DNA of 64,000 nucleotides from the human T2T-CHM13v2.0 reference genome, Homo sapiens: NCBI RefSeq assembly GCF_009914755.1, contig NC_060931.1; one strand, 5' to 3'. Numbering within the stretch: position 1 is the stretch's first letter; each line of letters starts with the position of its first letter. Below are positions 58,656 through 64,000 of this stretch, piece after piece. The notes under the pieces were generated by a model. It was not told the origin of the DNA. It worked only from the letters and a program-made list of their open reading frames with translations, and did not search any database. A program made the position numbers and the translations under genes.

Positions 58656-64000
<5,345 letters not shown>

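Overview
Primate (very probably human) repeat-rich genomic DNA with no intact protein-coding gene that I can support. It holds a full-length RPL6 processed pseudogene nested inside MaLR and MER58 repeats, two paralogous vomeronasal type-1 receptor (V1R/VN1R) pseudogenes on the minus strand, a full-length GC-rich SAPCD2 retrocopy, an unidentified polyadenylated 3'-UTR-like insert, a decayed C2H2 zinc-finger fragment, a full-length L1PA and a truncated L1PA2/3-like element, many Alus and older L1s, an ERVK-class solo LTR, and a large inverted duplication of ERV1 (MER4-group) internal sequence that runs off the right end. From memory only (not checked), the RPL6P/VN1R-P/SAPCD2P arrangement resembles human 7q11.21 near the ZNF735 KRAB-ZNF cluster. 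I found no new multi-gene system. The most interesting signals are a ~500-bp non-repeat module conserved upstream of both V1R pseudogenes (candidate V1R promoter/first exon), the Alu-dated inverted duplication with a tRNA-Glu-like relic in each arm, and the CpG-rich SAPCD2 retrocopy lying antisense in the predicted V1R intron.
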